Source: Candidatus Thorarchaeota archaeon
GTDB taxonomy: Archaea; Asgardarchaeota; Thorarchaeia; Thorarchaeales; Thorarchaeaceae
Direction: 5' to 3'
Assembly (NCBI GenBank): GCA_048884785.1
Contig: JBHLQM010000065.1
Span: forward strand, 1-18,167
DNA: 18,167 bases
Position numbers and translations under genes: made by a program. The notes beneath the pieces were generated by a model, which did no database searches, was not told where the DNA came from, and was given only the letters and a program-made list of their open reading frames with translations. Shown one piece after another: positions 17,301 to 18,167 of the stretch; the first letter of the stretch is position 1; the number at the start of each line of letters is the position of its first letter.

Positions 17301-17478
17301 TTTTGACCATTCACCCTGAATGAGTGATTACGGTCAGATTCCCATGCGCCATATAATCTTTGAGGCACGTCTCTATGGAGACTTTCTCAGCAAAATTAAA
17401 CATTGATAATTACACATACTAGTAATTGTAGCAAACCATTACAAGATTTCGAAACACAGGTTAATTGGAGAAAATGAG

Positions 17479-17712
17479 ATGGAGCACAAAAAAGAGAATC
17501 AAAGATACCAAAGGAATCTGAGGCTATTTACGCTACTGCTAATTCTTCTGGGAGTAATCAGCTTTGTATGGGTGGCAATATCTCAGCCTGCAGAACCTGT
17601 ACGAAGCGGAGTATGGATATTAGGTTTCACTTTCTTCTTTTTCGCATTTATGACCTATTGCTGTCCCAATTACGGCACAATCAGATGGAGAGGTGAAGAA
17701 ATCTCAATTTGA
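17479..17712 (+). CDS. small two-TM membrane protein
   Basis: 77 aa, two hydrophobic helices, GGAG upstream. Confidence 0.65.
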   Translation: MEHKKENQRYQRNLRLFTLLLILLGVISFVWVAISQPAEPVRSGVWILGFTFFFFAFMTYCCPNYGTIRWRGEEISI

Positions 17713-17775
17713 GATACCGGAGTACTTACACTTCCTCAGCGTTTCCCTTTCTTTGTCACAGACAAGATAGTCTTT

Positions 17776-18024
17776 CTAAATGGAACCAGGCTTCTCGATT
17801 GGGTTGAGTTCCAGACTATCACGATTGTGAAGCTCGTCGTCAAAACTTGCCGATGTACCATTGATATAGCAATCTCCAACATCAGTTGGCTTTAGTCCTA
17901 GTCGATTAAGACAATCTTGAAGACTCTCACCCTCAATGAATTCGAATAACATGATCCTATTGGCATTCTCAATCTTCTCTTCGACTTTGTCTTTAAGTCC
18001 TCCATAGAGATAGACTTCAATCAT
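17776..18024 (-). CDS. ThiS/MoaD-like beta-grasp (ubiquitin-like) protein lacking C-terminal GG
   Basis: IEV.LYG.L, ESL.D.L..LGL, YING......L...D.LEL pattern. Ends PIEKPGSI. Confidence 0.75.
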   Translation of the reverse strand: MIEVYLYGGLKDKVEEKIENANRIMLFEFIEGESLQDCLNRLGLKPTDVGDCYINGTSASFDDELHNRDSLELNPIEKPGSI

Positions 18025-18167
18025 TTCTAGATAACACACTCAGATTCAAATAACCAATTTAGGAATTATAAGGGCTTCCAAGTATTAGGATTAGGCATTT
18101 TGAAAGGCATTATATTCTTTGGATTTCCTCTACATGATTCAAATACTTGCAAGAAACAGGTGTTCAC

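Noticed and set aside
1-18167. CRISPR array, IS element or provirus
   Set aside because: No regularly spaced repeats, transposase, integrase or viral hallmark genes seen.

Overview
Archaeal chromosomal window. The rpl15e-COG1325-rnp3-rnp2 operon, BHB-type tRNA introns, MvhD and GGTGA/GAGG Shine-Dalgarno sites support this. An Asgard (Thorarchaeia-like) origin is only an unverified impression. Left to right it holds: an initiator tRNA-Met with two introns, and an inverted copy of its own 3' end ~120 bp upstream; small accessory genes (membrane protein, TIGR04076, unknown, DUF134); ychF; an internally duplicated unknown protein; a flavin reductase; serA; a structured leader plus rpl15e-COG1325-Rpp30-Pop5; a convergent Lrp-JAMM pair; an HD protein; a probable metal-transport cluster (His-rich MFS, small membrane protein, FTR1); two GNATs; a decayed mvhD copy that the ORF track misses; an alpha/beta-hydrolase-TPR gene; an intact Cys-type mvhD; and a ThiS/MoaD-like protein without the terminal GG. 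No integrase, transposase or CRISPR array is visible. The most notable observations are the tRNA locus, the mvhD relic (possibly a former selenoprotein gene), the rpl15e leader RNA and the His-rich MFS. All family calls come from motif recognition by eye, not from database searches.
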